Assembly: GCA_030390025.1 (NCBI GenBank)
Contig: CM059432.1
Span: 145,826,001 to 145,890,000, forward strand
From: Squalus acanthias
Taxonomy: Eukaryota
DNA length: 64,000 nucleotides
Direction: 5' to 3'
In this document: piece after piece, positions 25,464 through 38,458 of the stretch
How positions within the stretch are numbered: position 1 is the stretch's first letter
Layout: every line of letters starts with the position of its first letter
Notes under the pieces: generated by a model
What the model was told of the DNA's origin: nothing
The model's input: only the letters and a program-made list of their open reading frames with translations
Database searches by the model: none
Position numbers and translations under genes: made by a program

Positions 25464-28256
25464 AGGAGTATGATATTGTTGCCATCACAGAGACATGGTT
25501 GAGGGAGGGGCAGGACTGGCAGCTCAATATTCCGGGGTATAGAATCTTCAGGCGAGACAGAGGGGGTGTCGCAATATTAATCAAGGAGTCAATTACTGCA
25601 GTAAAGAGGGATGATATCTTAGCAGGTTCCTCTAATGAGGCCATATGGGTAGAACTTAAAAACAAAAAGGGGGCAAGCACTTTGCTGGGAGTGTACTATA
25701 GGCCCCCAAACAGTCAGGGGGAGATAGAGGAACAGATATGTAGGCACGTCTCAGAGAAGTGTAGAAATAATAGGGTAATAATAGTAGGGGATTTCAACTT
25801 CCCCAATATTAACTGGGATAGTCAGAGGGTGAAAGGCTTAGAGGGTGCGGAATTCTAAGTGTATCCAGGAGAGCTTTTTGAGCCAGCATGTAGAAAGTCC
25901 TACAAGAGAGGGGGCGGTACTGGACCTAATTCTAGGGAATGTAGCTGGGCAAGTGGTAGATGTGTCAGTAGGAGAGCATTTTGGTGACAGTGACCATAAT
26001 TCGGTGAGATTTAAGGTAGTCATGGTAAAGGACAAAGATGGACTGGAAATAAAGGTTCTAAATTGGGGGAAGGCCGATTTTAATATGATAAGGCAGGATC
26101 TGGCCAAAGTGGACTGGGATCAGCTACTTGTAGGAAAATCCACATCAGAGCAGTGGGAGTCATTCAGAAAGGAAAAAGAGAGAGAGTACAGTGCCAACAT
26201 GTTCCCATAAAGGTCAAGGGTGGGACCAACAAGTCCAGGGAACCCTGGATGTCAAGGGATATACAAGAATGGATTAGGAAAAAAAGGGAGGCTTTTGGCA
26301 GATACAAAGGACTAAAAACAGTGGAAGCCCAAGAGGTATAGAAAGTGCAGGGGGGTACTTAAAAAAGAAATTAGGAGAGCGAAGAGGGGGCATGAAAAAA
26401 CACTGGCGGGCAAAATAAAGGAAAATCCCAAGGTGTTTTATAAGTATATTAAGGGCAAGAGGATAACCAGGGAAAGAGTAGGACCCATTAGGGACCAAAG
26501 TGGCAATCTGTGTGTAGAGCCGGAAGATGTAGGTGAGGTTTTAAATGAATATTTTGCATCTGTGTTCACTATGGAGAAGGACGATGTAGGCATAGAAATC
26601 AGGCAGGGGGATTGATATGTACTGGAACAAATTAGCACTGAGAGGGAGGAGGTACTAGCGGTTTTAGCGGGCTTAAAAGTGGATAAATCCCCAGGCCCAG
26701 ACGAGATGTATCCCAGGCTGCTGTGTGAGGCAAGGGAGGAGATTGCAGGGGCTCTGACACAAATTTTCAGAACCTCTCTGGCCACAGGGGAGGTACCAGA
26801 GGACTGGAGGACAGCTAATGTAGTACCATTATTCAAGAAGGGTAGTAGGGATAAACTAGGGAATTACAGGCCAGTGAGCCTAACATCAGTGGTAGGGAAA
26901 TTATTGGAAAAAATTCTGAGGGACAGAATTAGTCTCCACTTGGAGAGGCAAGGATTAATCAAAGATAGTCTGCATGGCTTTGTCAGGGGGAGATCATGTC
27001 TAACCAATTTGATTGAATTATGAGAGGGGGTGACGAGGTGTGTGGATGAGGGTAGTGCAGTTGATGTAGTCGACATGGACTTCAGTAAGGCTTTTAACAA
27101 AGTCCCGCATGGGAGACTGGTCAAGAAGGTAAGAGCCCATGGGATTCAGGGCAATTTGGCACATTGGATCCAAAATTGGCTTAGTGGCAGGAGGCAGAGG
27201 GTGATGGTCGAAGGTTGTTTGTGTGACTGGAAGCCTGTGTCCAGTGGTGTACCGCAGGGATCGGTGCTGGGTCCCTTGCTGTTTGTAGTGTACATTAATG
27301 ATTTAGATATGAATGTAGGAGGTATGATCAGTAAGTTTGCAGATGACACGAAAATTGGTGGAGTGGTAAATAGCGAGGAGGGAAGCCTCAGGCTACAGGA
27401 TGATATAGACGGGTTGGTCAGAATGGCAGAACAGTGGCAAATGGAATTTAACCCTGAAAAGTGTGAGGTGATGCATTTTGGGAGGACTAACAAGGCAAGG
27501 GAATACACAATGAATGGTAGGACCCTAGGAAGGACAGAGGATCAGAGGGACCTTGGTGTGCATGTACATAGATCCCTGAAGGCAGCAGGACAGGTAAATA
27601 AGGTGGTTAAGAAAGCATATGGGATACTTGCCTTCATTAGCCGAGGCATAGAATATAAGAGCAGGGAGGTTATGATGGAGCTGTACAAAACGCTAGTTCG
27701 GCCACAGCTGGAATACTGTGTGCAGTTCTGGTCGCCCCACTATAGGAAGGATGAGATTGCACTGGAGAGGGTGCTGAGGAGATTCACCAGGATGTTACCT
27801 GGGCTGGAGCGCTTCAGCTATGAAGAGAGACTGGACAGGCTGGGGTTGTTTTCCTTAGAGCAGAGAAGGCTGAGGGGGGACCTGATTGAGTTGTACAAAA
27901 TTATGAGGGGCATAGATAGGGTAGATAGAAAGGAACTTTTCCCCTTAGTAGAGGGGTCAATAACCAGGGGGCATAGTTTCAAGGTAAGGGGCAGGAGGTT
28001 TAGAGGGGATTTGAGGAAAAACGTTTTCACCCAGAGGGTGGTTGGAATCTGGAACTCACTGCCTGAAAGGGTGGTAGAGGCAGGAACCCTCACAACATTC
28101 AAGAAGCATTTAGATGAGCACTTGAAACGCCACAGCATACAAGGCTACGGACCAAGTGCTGGAAAATGGGATTCGAATAGACAGGGCTTGATGGCCGGCG
28201 CAGACACGATGGGCGAAGGGCCTCTTTCTGTGCTGTATAACTATGACTCTATGCCT
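25464..28256 (+). mobile_element. 5'-truncated CR1 LINE with most of ORF2 (APE + RT), several stops/frameshifts
   Basis: ORFs 25499..25858, 25845..26210, 26679..27023, 27030..28262 (GVPQGSVLGP, FADD); ends in the tatgactctatg tail. Confidence 0.95.
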
Positions 28257-28441
28257 AAGTAGGAGCAGGAGTAGGTCATATGCCCCACCGAACCTGCTCC
28301 ACCATTCAATAAGATCATGGCTGAACTTCTACATCAACTCCACTTTCCCGCCCTATCCCCATATCCCTTGATTCCCTTAGTGCCCTCTGGGGTAAAGAAT
28401 TAATGAGGTGACTGTTTATTTCTGGTTCCCCATTTCCAAGA

Positions 28442-28720
28442 TGTCAGCTTGGCTCAGCTGGTAGTACTCTTGCCTGTAAGTCAGAAAGTCGTGTGTTCAA
28501 GTTCCACCATAAACTTGAACACATAATCAAGGCTGACATTTCAGTGTGGTATAGAGGGAGCACTGTCCTTCAGATGAGACAATAAACCAAGGCTCCATCT
28601 GCCTGCTCAAGTGGACATAAACGATCCTATGGCACAATTCAAAGAGGAGCAGGGAGTTCTCCCAGTGTCGTGGCCAACATTTCTCCCTCAACCAACATCA
28701 CCCAAAACAGATAATCTATT
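28442..28720 (+). mobile_element. Deu-domain SINE (3'-truncated)
   Basis: tRNA head TGGCTCAGCTGG...GTTCAAGTTCC and GATGAGACAATAAACC core. Confidence 0.7.
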
Positions 28721-28721
28721 C

Positions 28722-31700
28722 AACGAGGACCTGTGAGTCAATGTAGGCCAGCGAGCACAGGGGTGATGGGTGAGTGATAGGATATGGGTAGCAAAGTTTT
28801 TGATGAGCTGAGGTTTGGGAGGGTGGAGGATGGGAGTCCGGCCAGGAGAGCATTGAAATAGTCGAGTCTGGAGGTAACAAAAGCATAGATGAGTGTTTCA
28901 GCAGCAGATGGGCTGTGGCGGGGATAGAGGCAGCAACTATACGTAGGCAGTTTTTGTGATGGAGAGGATATGAGGTCAGAATTTCTTTGGGTAGTTTGCT
29001 TTGAGGAGTGAATAGAACAATTTCAGTGTAGGTTAGACCTAGTTATCAGCAATTGGAGAGGTAAGAGTGATACCAACTGACAGCTGGAGAACAGAGGAAA
29101 GGCATGGAGGAGGATGCTGTGGTCAACCGTGTCAATGGCTGCAGTGAGGTAGAGAAGGACGAGGTAGGATACTGTACCATGGTCAGTCACAAAGGATGTC
29201 ATTTGTGACTTTGATAAGGGCCATTTCTGTGCTGTGGCAAGAGCAGAAACCTGATAAGAGATTCAAACATGAAGTTGCAGGAAAGATGGGCACAGATTTG
29301 GGAGGTGACAACATGTTCAAGAACTTGGGAGAGGAAAGGGAGATTTGGAGATGGCGCTGTAGTTTGCAAGGGCAGAGGTGGGGCCAAGTGTGGAATTTTT
29401 GAGGAGGAGGGAGAATAGCAGTTTTGAAATGGAGAGGGCTAGTACCTGAAGAAAGGGAACCATTTATGATATCAACTTGCATTGGGGCCAGGAAGGGAAG
29501 TTGGGTGGACAGCAGCTTAGTGGGAATGGGGTCAAGGGAGCAGGTGTTGTGCCTCATGATCAAGTTAAGTTCAGAGAGCATATTACGGGGGGTGGGGGGG
29601 GAAGGTGGGTGCGGTGGAGAAATAGGGCGAGGGCAGGTGGGAGCCTGTGTGAGCTTGGAGGGGAAGGAAGGGATGCGGCAGAAGCAGCTGGATGGATGGT
29701 CTCAATCATAGTGATAAAGAAATCCATGAGCTCCTCACACTTGTTCATGGAGGTGAGGGTGGAACAGACAAGGGAGAAGGGATTGAGAAGACGGCTGGTA
29801 GTGAAGAAAAGAAGTCGGAGGTTATCTTTGCTCTCCAAGATGATCCAGGAGTAGTGAGCGATTTTGACAGAGGAAAGCGAGACCCGAGTGCTTGATGTGG
29901 TCCTGCCAGATCTGGTGATGGATTGCTAAACCAGTTGTATGCCAGATACACTCAAGTCTACGTCCCTTGAGAAAGCGAAGATGATAGCCATACCAGGTGA
30001 ACGACCAGAATGGAGAGAGATTAAGGGTTTTACTGGAGACCAGGGCATCAAAGATGGAGGAGAGGGAGTGTTTGCGCAGATTGACAGCTGCAAAAATATT
30101 GTGGTGAATGGAGAGCCAAAGGCTGGGCCGTTTTGAGAGTTTGAAAGTGCCGTAGCAAGAGAATTAGAGGAGAACTTACTGCAGGGCGGATGCAGAGGAA
30201 GTGTGGTTGCAGCAGGTTGGGCGATGCGGATGGTGAGAAATACAAAGAAGTAGTCAGAGATGACTATCTGTGATCAAGACCATGCCGATAGAGAAGTAAG
30301 GTGAGATGGCATGGTCAATGAGGATAGAGCACAGTGAAATCAGACAAGAGAGGGCAAGATGAGTTGGGTTGAAGATTGAAATTACTGAGGAGTCACTCAG
30401 GCTGATGGAGGTAGTGTGAGGATATCTCAGTGAGAAACTCGGGGTGGGGCTCAGGGTGGTAGAGAACGAGAAATTTAAAGGAAAGGCGAGATGGGTGCAA
30501 CAAGGCGCGATGCTTGGAGAAGGCAAATGTACGAGAGCAGGGGGAAGAGACCAAGGTGTGATTTGGTGATAAGGGCCATACCACCACTGCGGCATTTTGG
30601 GCGGGGCAGACGGTGGAAAGTACAGCATGACAGGGAGGCTTCATTAAGGGGCAAGGGCGTTACCACCCATGAGCCAAGTTTCCGCTAAAGCCAGGCTGTC
30701 AATGCGATCATTCACAATAAGGTAAACGGCATGGGTCTTGTTCAAGAATGAATGGACATTCTGGAGGGAAATGTGGAGGGGATAGTGATTGTTGATCTGC
30801 TGGCAGAGTCCAAGGGGGCGATGGTGGGTGAGGTGAGTGGGATGGGAAGGAGGTTGGGGAGATGAGCCAACTACAGGTGCACTGGGTGGGAAGGCCAGCG
30901 AGAGATATGGATGAGGCACTTGGGGTTAATGCTCATGCAACAAGCGCCTCACTGAAGCCTTTGGAGAATGCCGAGAGAAGCAGAGGGTAGTTGTGGACTC
31001 CTCCAAGAGGGATTCAAGCCTGCAATGGCAGCCAGAGAATAGGAAGGCAGATGAGCAGTGATGGGTTGGGTCAGCATTGGGGGGGGGGGGGGGGGGGGCA
31101 ATGTGCCCAATAGGGGAGAAATGAAAGGTGGCATGACTCGGTCACAGGAAGGGGAGGAGACAGGAGAGATGGGCCCAATAGGGGCCAAGAGAAGAAAAAG
31201 AAAGGGAGATGAAGTAATGGGTTTTGGTTCGGAGCGGCAGTAAAAATGCACACGCGAATGGACACAGAGGGATTTCAGGTTACAGAGGCAATGGCAAAGA
31301 TTAGGAGATATTACAGGAGACAACATGAGAGTGCAAAGTTAAAGTCCGAGATCCTGTGGTGGGATGACGATGACTTGTAGACAGGGTGGAGTCAGCTTGA
31401 AGCATTGACGAACCAATGTCCAGCTTCGGAGAGGGAGAAGTTGCTCGAGGGGCAGAGTATCAGTCAGCATATCACTGAAGGTTATCCGGTGGAAAAGACG
31501 GTGGAGGGTGAGTGGGGAGTCCACCATGAGCCACAGAAGTTGATGCAGAAGTGCATAGAGGCCTCAATATTAGTAATGCACACCAGCGGATCCAGCATAC
31601 CAGCAGAGGAGCAAGCAGCAATGGGAGTAAAACCCAAGGATCTCTGCTTTCAGCTGCTAATGCAGATGGTAACAGGCAATGCCTGAGACACCGATCACTA
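28722..31700 (-). mobile_element. Decayed L2 LINE including endonuclease region
   Basis: ORFs 29183..29581 'CSLDPIPTKLL...HSTEMALIKVTNDIL', 30644..30919 'SLQNVHS...ALAETWL'. Confidence 0.8.
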
Positions 31701-31832
31701 ATACTGAACACATCTTATAAAGTGATGTTACATTCCATCACTAGCAGCTTGTGGAGTATGCAAATGAAGAGTACTGCAATTTGTTTTAACATTTTCATTA
31801 AAAGCAAAATCTGTGTAAACAAAAATCCTCAC

Positions 31833-31922
31833 CTTTAGGATAGAAATCTGTGAAAAATCTTTCTCCTCAAAGTAAGCATGTGTGATGAGCTGCAATTTTG
31901 CTTGAAGCAAACCATAAAGTGG
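31833..31922 (-). CDS. AVL9: AVL9 coding exon (exon 5 equivalent), 90 nt: PLYGLLQAKLQLITHAYFEEKDFSQISILK
   Basis: Overlaps ORF 31728..31910; pyrimidine-rich AG acceptor, GTGAG donor. Confidence 0.96.
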
Positions 31923-32775
31923 CTATTGAGGGAGAAAAGTGCAACAAAGAGTTTCATTGCAGTTTCAGCAGTTCAGTGAAGTTGTAATGCCATAAACTAG
32001 TTACTCATAAAAATGGAAACAGCAATTACACATGAGCAATTTCCACCAGGTGCCTGCACTTATGAAAAACACAAACGCCAAGTGTGGACCAGAACACATT
32101 GAAGATTTAAGATGGCCTTTACTGTTGGGTCACCACATTCTCTATACAGCAAATTTAGCACCTGGAATCAAACCTGTAACATAAACCCCAAATAGAATCT
32201 AAATGGCACTTTTCAGGTCTCAGGAAAAGTGAAGTTAAAGTGCAGCAATGCCATGAAGTGATGGGTCACAGGTTTACAATCACACTTCCACACAAGGAGC
32301 TCCTGTTCTCAGTTGTATCATCAGAAAGGGTTGTAAAGACAAGGTTTAAACTGTTTTCAATTTGGAGAGAAGGGGGGAGGGGGGGGGGGAAGTAAAATTA
32401 TCAGTTGCGACACCCCAGATTGCATTTCCCCATATAAAAAAAATTCAAAGGCACATTGATACAGACCTGCTTATCTGCCCTGTGGTGTGCAATAAAAGTT
32501 AAAGGTTTTGGCCTCTTATCCAACTGGTTTCTACATTTCTTGTCTGTGGCACTGTAGACCCCTGACATTACCTGTGTGACCCATGGTGATGAAATTCTGA
32601 ATACCAGCATACACAGACTTGCATAGTTAAAATGAAATCATACAGAGGAATAGTATGAATAGCAAAAAATGATCCAGGAAAAAGGTAGTGTGTTACAGAA
32701 CTAAAATCTTACATACATCTATTTCTCAAGCATAGCACCCACCAGACCGTTAGGCACAGTCTAAGAAGTTAACAG

Positions 32776-33225
32776 TGTCAGCCTTGGCTCAGTGGTAGCA
32801 CACTCACTTATGAGTCACTCCAGAGACTTCAGCACATAAGCTAGGCTGACACTCCAGTGCAGTAGTGAGGGAGTGCTGCACTGTCGGAGGTGCTGTCTTT
32901 CATATGAGACATTAAACCGAGGCCCTATCTGCCCTCTTAGGTGGACGTAAAAGATCCCATGGCATTATTCGAAGAGGAGCAGGGGAGTTCTTCCAGTGTC
33001 CTGGCCAATATTTATCCCATAAGCAGCACCAGTAAAAAAAAAATTATCTGGTCACTTATCTCATTGCGATTTCTGGGATCTTGCTGTGTACAAATTGGCT
33101 GCCACTTTTCCTACATTACAACAGTGATTACACTTGAAAAGTACTTCATTGGCTGTAATGTGCTTTCGGATGTCCTGAGGTCACGAAAGACACTATATAC
33201 AATTAATTCATTCATTCTCTTTCTT
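32776..33225 (+). mobile_element. Deu-domain SINE
   Basis: tRNA-like head, ATGAGACATTAAACCGAGGCCC core and tail as in 48894. Confidence 0.8.
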
Positions 33226-33504
33226 TCAAGGAGGGGGAAACCGCATTGCACGCTACTAGGTAAAACTAGACCTCAAAATCCTTGGTGAATTCTGCTGCAT
33301 GTGGCTGATAAAACATGTTATCTGGACATGAAGCATAAAGTTCACAAAATTTGTTAAAAATACTGCTATTTTTTGTAAACTGCATCAATATAGTTTAAAA
33401 ACAATGACATGCTTAATTTTAACACTAATATCTAGTGGTAAAGTAACAAATCACAATAGTTAGAACAGCCTACAATTTGTTTGAAAGCAAATAGGAGGCA
33501 GTAT

Positions 33505-34165
33505 TATAGCATTACATCGAGTGTACAGCACAGAAACAGGCCATTCGCGTAGCTGCTCCATGCTGGCGTTTAGGCTCCACATGAGCCTCCTCCCACCCCT
33601 CTTCATCTAACCCCATCAATATATCCTTCTATTCCTTTCTCGCTCATGTGTTTATCTAGCTTCCCCTTAAATGCATCTCTGCTATTCACCTCAACTACTC
33701 CTTGTGGTAGGGAGTTCCACATTCTAACCGCTCCCTGGGTAAATTTATTAGTGACTATCTTATTATTTATGGCCCCTAGTTCTGGTCTCCCCGACGAGTG
33801 GCAACATCTTCTCTACATCTACCCTATCAAACCCTTTCATAATCTTAAAGACCTCTATCAGGTCAACTCTAAATCTCCTCTTTTCTAGCGAAAAGAGCCC
33901 CAGCCAGTTTAATCTTTCCTGATGGGTATAACCTCTCAGTTCTGGTATCATTCGAGTCAATCTTTTTTGCACCTTCTCCAGTGCCTCTATATACTTTTTA
34001 TAATATGGAGACCAGAACTGTCCACAGTACTCCAAGTGTGGTCTAGCCAAGGTTCTATACAAGTTTAACATAACTTCCCTGCTTTTCAATTCTATCCCTC
34101 TAGAAATGAACCCCAGAGCTCTGTTTGCTTTTTTAATGGCCTTATTAACCTGCGTTGCTACTTTA
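33505..34165 (-). mobile_element. CR1 LINE 3' fragment
   Basis: ORF 33763..34089. Confidence 0.9.
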
Positions 34166-34464
34166 CTTAAACCAGCAACGTTCAGCCAAGAGTTTAGATA
34201 GGACCCTTCTTTTTGTAAAATTAATGAAATTTGTCACCCGACAGTTACGACTTTGAGGAAAAAATTGTGTACTCTTCAATTCAGTGGCTAAGTTTAGTGT
34301 TTCCTCAAAGTTTAATTGCGCTTATTCAAAATGATAGGCTGATTTGTAACCCCACCCCCCCCCAGTCATTTCCAAACATGGCCAGCAGCTTTCTAAGATT
34401 GGTATATCTCCATATCACTGTCAAAATTAAAACTGCAGCACAGTTAGCTTAAAACAACTCCCAC

Positions 34465-34800
34465 ATGGCAGCTGTCTTTCATTCTGCCAGCGCAATTCAC
34501 ACTTCATCTAGAGCCATCCTTTGTTCCTCAACCTGTCCCATTTCCACCTCCTCTTGCCTTAAATATCTCTCAATGTCTCTTAATCTCTCCTGCTCTCTAT
34601 CCTATCACTGACCTTCCCTTTTGTTCTTTCATCCCCTCCCCCTTTACCCAGCCCTAAACTTGCTTTAACATCTATTTCATTTCCTGCTTTTTTCCAGTTC
34701 TGACGAAAGGTCTTCGACCTGAAACGTTAACTCTGTTTCTCTCTCCACGGATGCTGCCTGGCCTGCTGAGTTTTTCCAGCGTTTTCTGTTGTTATTTTGG
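34465..34800 (+). mobile_element. PLE family B 3' end with hammerhead motif (34696-34732)
   Basis: AGTT-CTGACGA-A-AGGTC TTC GACCT-GAAACGTT-AACT followed by the conserved 'gatgctgcctg.cctgctgag' tail. Confidence 0.75.
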
Positions 34801-35254
34801 CTTAAAACAATGTTGGGTAGGAAATATATTTGCACCCACATTTTGCCAAAGCAGCGAATTTCCAATCTCAAATCTGTAGAAGGCAGTCAGTTCCATGTGG
34901 GAGAGGGAAGAACAAATAGGGAACAGGCAACTCTTAACACATGTCCTTGCCATCAGCTGGGAGCAGCAATCCTGCAGACCTGGCAGCTAGTTCCTCAGCC
35001 CACTCAACGTGCACCAAGGGAAGAGGGAAAAATGTTTTATATGAAAATAAAATCAGGAATAAAATGAAATATGCTCAAAATCAAGGAGGAGGGATGTTTT
35101 TGCCAGTTTCACCATTCAAAACCAGAAGTGTGTCCAAAAGTAGTTAAATGAAACAGTACTTGCTCCTCAGTACTTTCCAGAAGTTAATATTTCTTTTATG
35201 TAAAGGAAAAGTGCTGCTTTTGAAATATATTTGAGAAAAGTTCAGTCCACTTAC

Positions 35255-35326
35255 CAGCCTACTGAGTACACAAACACTCTTCTGAACAGTTTCTCGTGTG
35301 ACATCTGCCTGTCGAACCTTCAGGGC
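35255..35326 (-). CDS. AVL9: AVL9 coding exon (exon 4 equivalent), 72 nt: ALKVRQADVTRETVQKSVCVLSRL
   Basis: tttcAG acceptor, GTAAGT donor; AVL9 'TRETVQKSVCV' motif. Confidence 0.95.
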
Positions 35327-35891
35327 CTGAAATTAAGCACAAGTTTGTTAAAATCAGAGCCTTGACAGAAACATGCTCTCATTGGCATAGCTTGCTGAAC
35401 ATAATGAATTCCATAAAACAAAAGATTAGTGTGACAGTGGCAAAAATTACTACCATAGCAACACACTGCAACAATAAATTTGTTAAAAAAAAACAGATTT
35501 AGGACTATTTCTCCACATGGTAAGTTCCCAAAACTCCACAGAATGAGGTGCAGAAAGGTAAGCTGGGAACAGCAGGAGGTTGGGTAAAAACAGGACAAAT
35601 TTAAAAATTGCCTACCTTGTAGAGTCTTCATTCTTTGAGTCAATGGTCCATTAGGTGTTTAGATGGCAGTAATGTTTTGAGCTCTCAGATTTTTTTTTAA
35701 ATGGTTGGCGTTGGGTTTTTATAGGATATTGTCATATTTCCCTATTGCCCTATGTGGAAGTATTAATTGGACAGCTCTACCAAAGAGCCGGCACAGGCAC
35801 GATAAGCCGAATGGCCTCCTTCTGTGCTATATCATTCTATGATTCTAGGCTAATGTCATATATGCCTATTGCCCTTATATTGTTGTATATC

Positions 35892-36327
35892 TGTTACCTC
35901 CGATACAAGTTAGAAAACGAGGAAACACCAACACATCTGTTTAATAATCTTTATTTATCAAATCAATGATATTGCACAACCCCTTACATAAAGTGCCCAT
36001 GATACTGGTACTGATGGTAACTCACGTGCAGCACACTCCTCAGGAAAATCGCAAGCTCATTATCCTAACTGCTCGCACTAGCCTCAGGAAGACTAGGTCG
36101 AAGTCCCCATGGAGCTCCAGTGTGTTGTATCTTTTATAGGGTTAATCACGTCCTCCTAACATGATGCGATCATGTCAAAGCATCCTCCCTACGTCTTCGT
36201 CACTGACTTACTATTCACCTATTATATTTCTTACGTCTTCTCATGATCAGTTAATGAGATAATACCTACGATACAGCAGGTATATATGCTTACTACGGCT
36301 ATTCTACCTGGTACACCTATTCTTACA
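35892..36327 (-). mobile_element. Possible solo LTR
   Basis: TGTT...TACA ends; TATAAAA then AATAAA in the right order on the minus strand; no target duplication seen. Confidence 0.3.
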
Positions 36328-36805
36328 GTTCGCATTAAGGATGTGGCAAAGCCATCAAGAGCTCACTCTCCTGATCCACTGTTTTGCAGAGTAGTATGAC
36401 TAATATTTAGTATGTTCTTGCTGGATGGGAGACCATTTAAAGACTGAAGTTAAAATACTGATCACCATTACCAGAAATGGTTTGAATTCAAGGTTTGCCA
36501 GACAGTCAGACCATAAATGCTACAAAAATGTGGGGCAACTGACTTAACATTCAGTGGGTAACCTTTGCTGGTGGTCTTCCTGGACTACACATCTGGCGTG
36601 GCCTGTTGCAATTTTCCTATGTAGAGAATATAGCAGCCCTCCACTTGGGTCTGAATCTCCATTTAGACATGACACCTTCAAGTCCTCCTCAGAGCAGAAG
36701 CTGTCAACTTTAACCGGCACTGAACAACAGCCACAACTAATGCATTTGGTCAGGAGTATTGACTTTTACATCACACGTGGTCCAGCAAAGCAACTTCCAG
36801 ACATT

Positions 36806-37498
36806 GGGCCAAAAATTCAGCCCTTCCCGGGTGAGTACGCACTGTGTACTCACCCGTAAGGCGTCCTGAAGTGCTGGTTTCCTGCATGCGCGGGAAACCG
36901 GAACTTCCGGTCTGGTGAAGGGGGCGGTTCATAAGTGAACCGTGTGCGCGCTAGAGGCTGCGCGCACGCAGCAAACTTAGGTTTTTTTTCCAGGTTTCTA
37001 CGGAGGGTAAGTATTGAAGAACCTGCGCTTTTAAAAAGGAGGCGCAGGACCCGTTTTCAACAAGGTAAGTGGTTAATTAATTATAATTTAAAACATTTTT
37101 CAACAGATTTATCTTTTTTAGATACTTTAAAGAAAGGTAAGTTTATTTTTAGCACTCTTAAAAAGTAATTTAATTTTTTCAAAAATTTAAATTTTTGTTT
37201 AAAGTAGTTAATTTATTTAACTTATAGTTATTTTATAAATGTGATGGTTTTTTAAAAATTTATTTTAAGTTTAGCTGTTCTTTTGGGGCCGATTTCAATT
37301 CATAGATTTGACAGGTCTTCCTAGGAGACGCATCGCACTAACTACGCCCCTGGGACACGCAAGCACTGCGCGCCGGCACTTGGAGCAGGCCCAGGAGCTG
37401 AAGTTCTCGTGGGCCCAGAGGTCAACGGCAGGCGCGGTAGGTAAGTGCGCGCGCGATCCTTACCCCCGCGGCAAGCCAGAGGGGCGAATTTCAGGGCC
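36806..37498 (+). mobile_element. PIF/Harbinger-like MITE, copy 2 of 3
   Basis: Same termini as 9011-9779; ATT target duplication (36803-36805 / 37499-37501); internal deletions relative to copy 1. Confidence 0.85.
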
Positions 37499-37697
37499 AT
37501 TAAAAGGGCTTCTTACAGGTGCAGGCAACAACTCCATAAATTTCACACACTGTGGTTAAGTGACTGATTAAGCATCAATCACAATGGTTATAGTAAACAG
37601 TGTTAGTCTTGCCTTCCCTCAAACACAATTTGCTGTGCACTACTTTTTCAGTTGAGAGCAAATCATAAAAGTTATATTTTCACTAAGGAAAACGAAC

Positions 37698-37783
37698 CTT
37701 GGCTTCAATCTGTCGGTAGCAGGATACACCATAAACTGTCTTTCGATTCCCACTTCTTGGAGGCAAATGAAAATAAACTGTAT
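37698..37783 (-). CDS. AVL9: AVL9 coding exon (exon 3 equivalent), 86 nt: (D)TVYFHLPPRSGNRKTVYGVSCYRQIEAK
   Basis: Long polypyrimidine-TAG acceptor, GTTCGT donor; phase 1/0. Confidence 0.95.
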
Positions 37784-38109
37784 CTAAGGAGAGAGAAAAA
37801 CATAATTATAAAAATCATAGAAAAGAATGAATCTCAGACTGAGCTGAAAATATCTATCTTTCAAGGAAAAATATTTATTGGGATAGCACTAGAATTACTA
37901 ATAAATAAAGTACTTCTGATAGTGATTGGTAACCTATAGTACACTTTGACCTTAAGTTGAAATGATAAGTAAATCATTTGAAAGCACAAAAATTCGACTG
38001 GGTGACACCAGAGTAATAAGAAATGACTTTTATTAACAGTTACAGGGAAAGAAATATGATCACTATTTATTCACCATAGTGACATCAATACAGTTTCACA
38101 AGGTCAAAC

Positions 38110-38375
38110 AGAATCATAGAATCTTACAGCACAGAAGGAGGTCATTCGGCCCATCGTGCCTGTGCCGGCTCTTTGAAAGAGCTCTCCAATTAGTTCCACT
38201 CCTCTGCTCTTTCCCCATAGCCCTGCAAATTTTTCCTTTTCAAGTATATTTCCAATTCCCTTTTGAAAGTTGCTATTGAATCTGCTTCCACCTCCCTTTC
38301 ATGCAGTGCATTCCAGATCATAATGACTCGCTGCGTAAAAAAAATTCTCCTCATCTCCCCTCTCGTTCTTTTTCC
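38110..38375 (-). mobile_element. CR1 3' end
   Basis: ORF 38190..38423 'FFTQRVIMIWNAL...FKREL'. Confidence 0.8.
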
Positions 38376-38458
38376 TCTACACTTCAATGTCATGTCAATA
38401 ACCTTATTGTGCGATAATTCCATTTACCACCTCAAAATGCCCCCACCACCAGACACGT

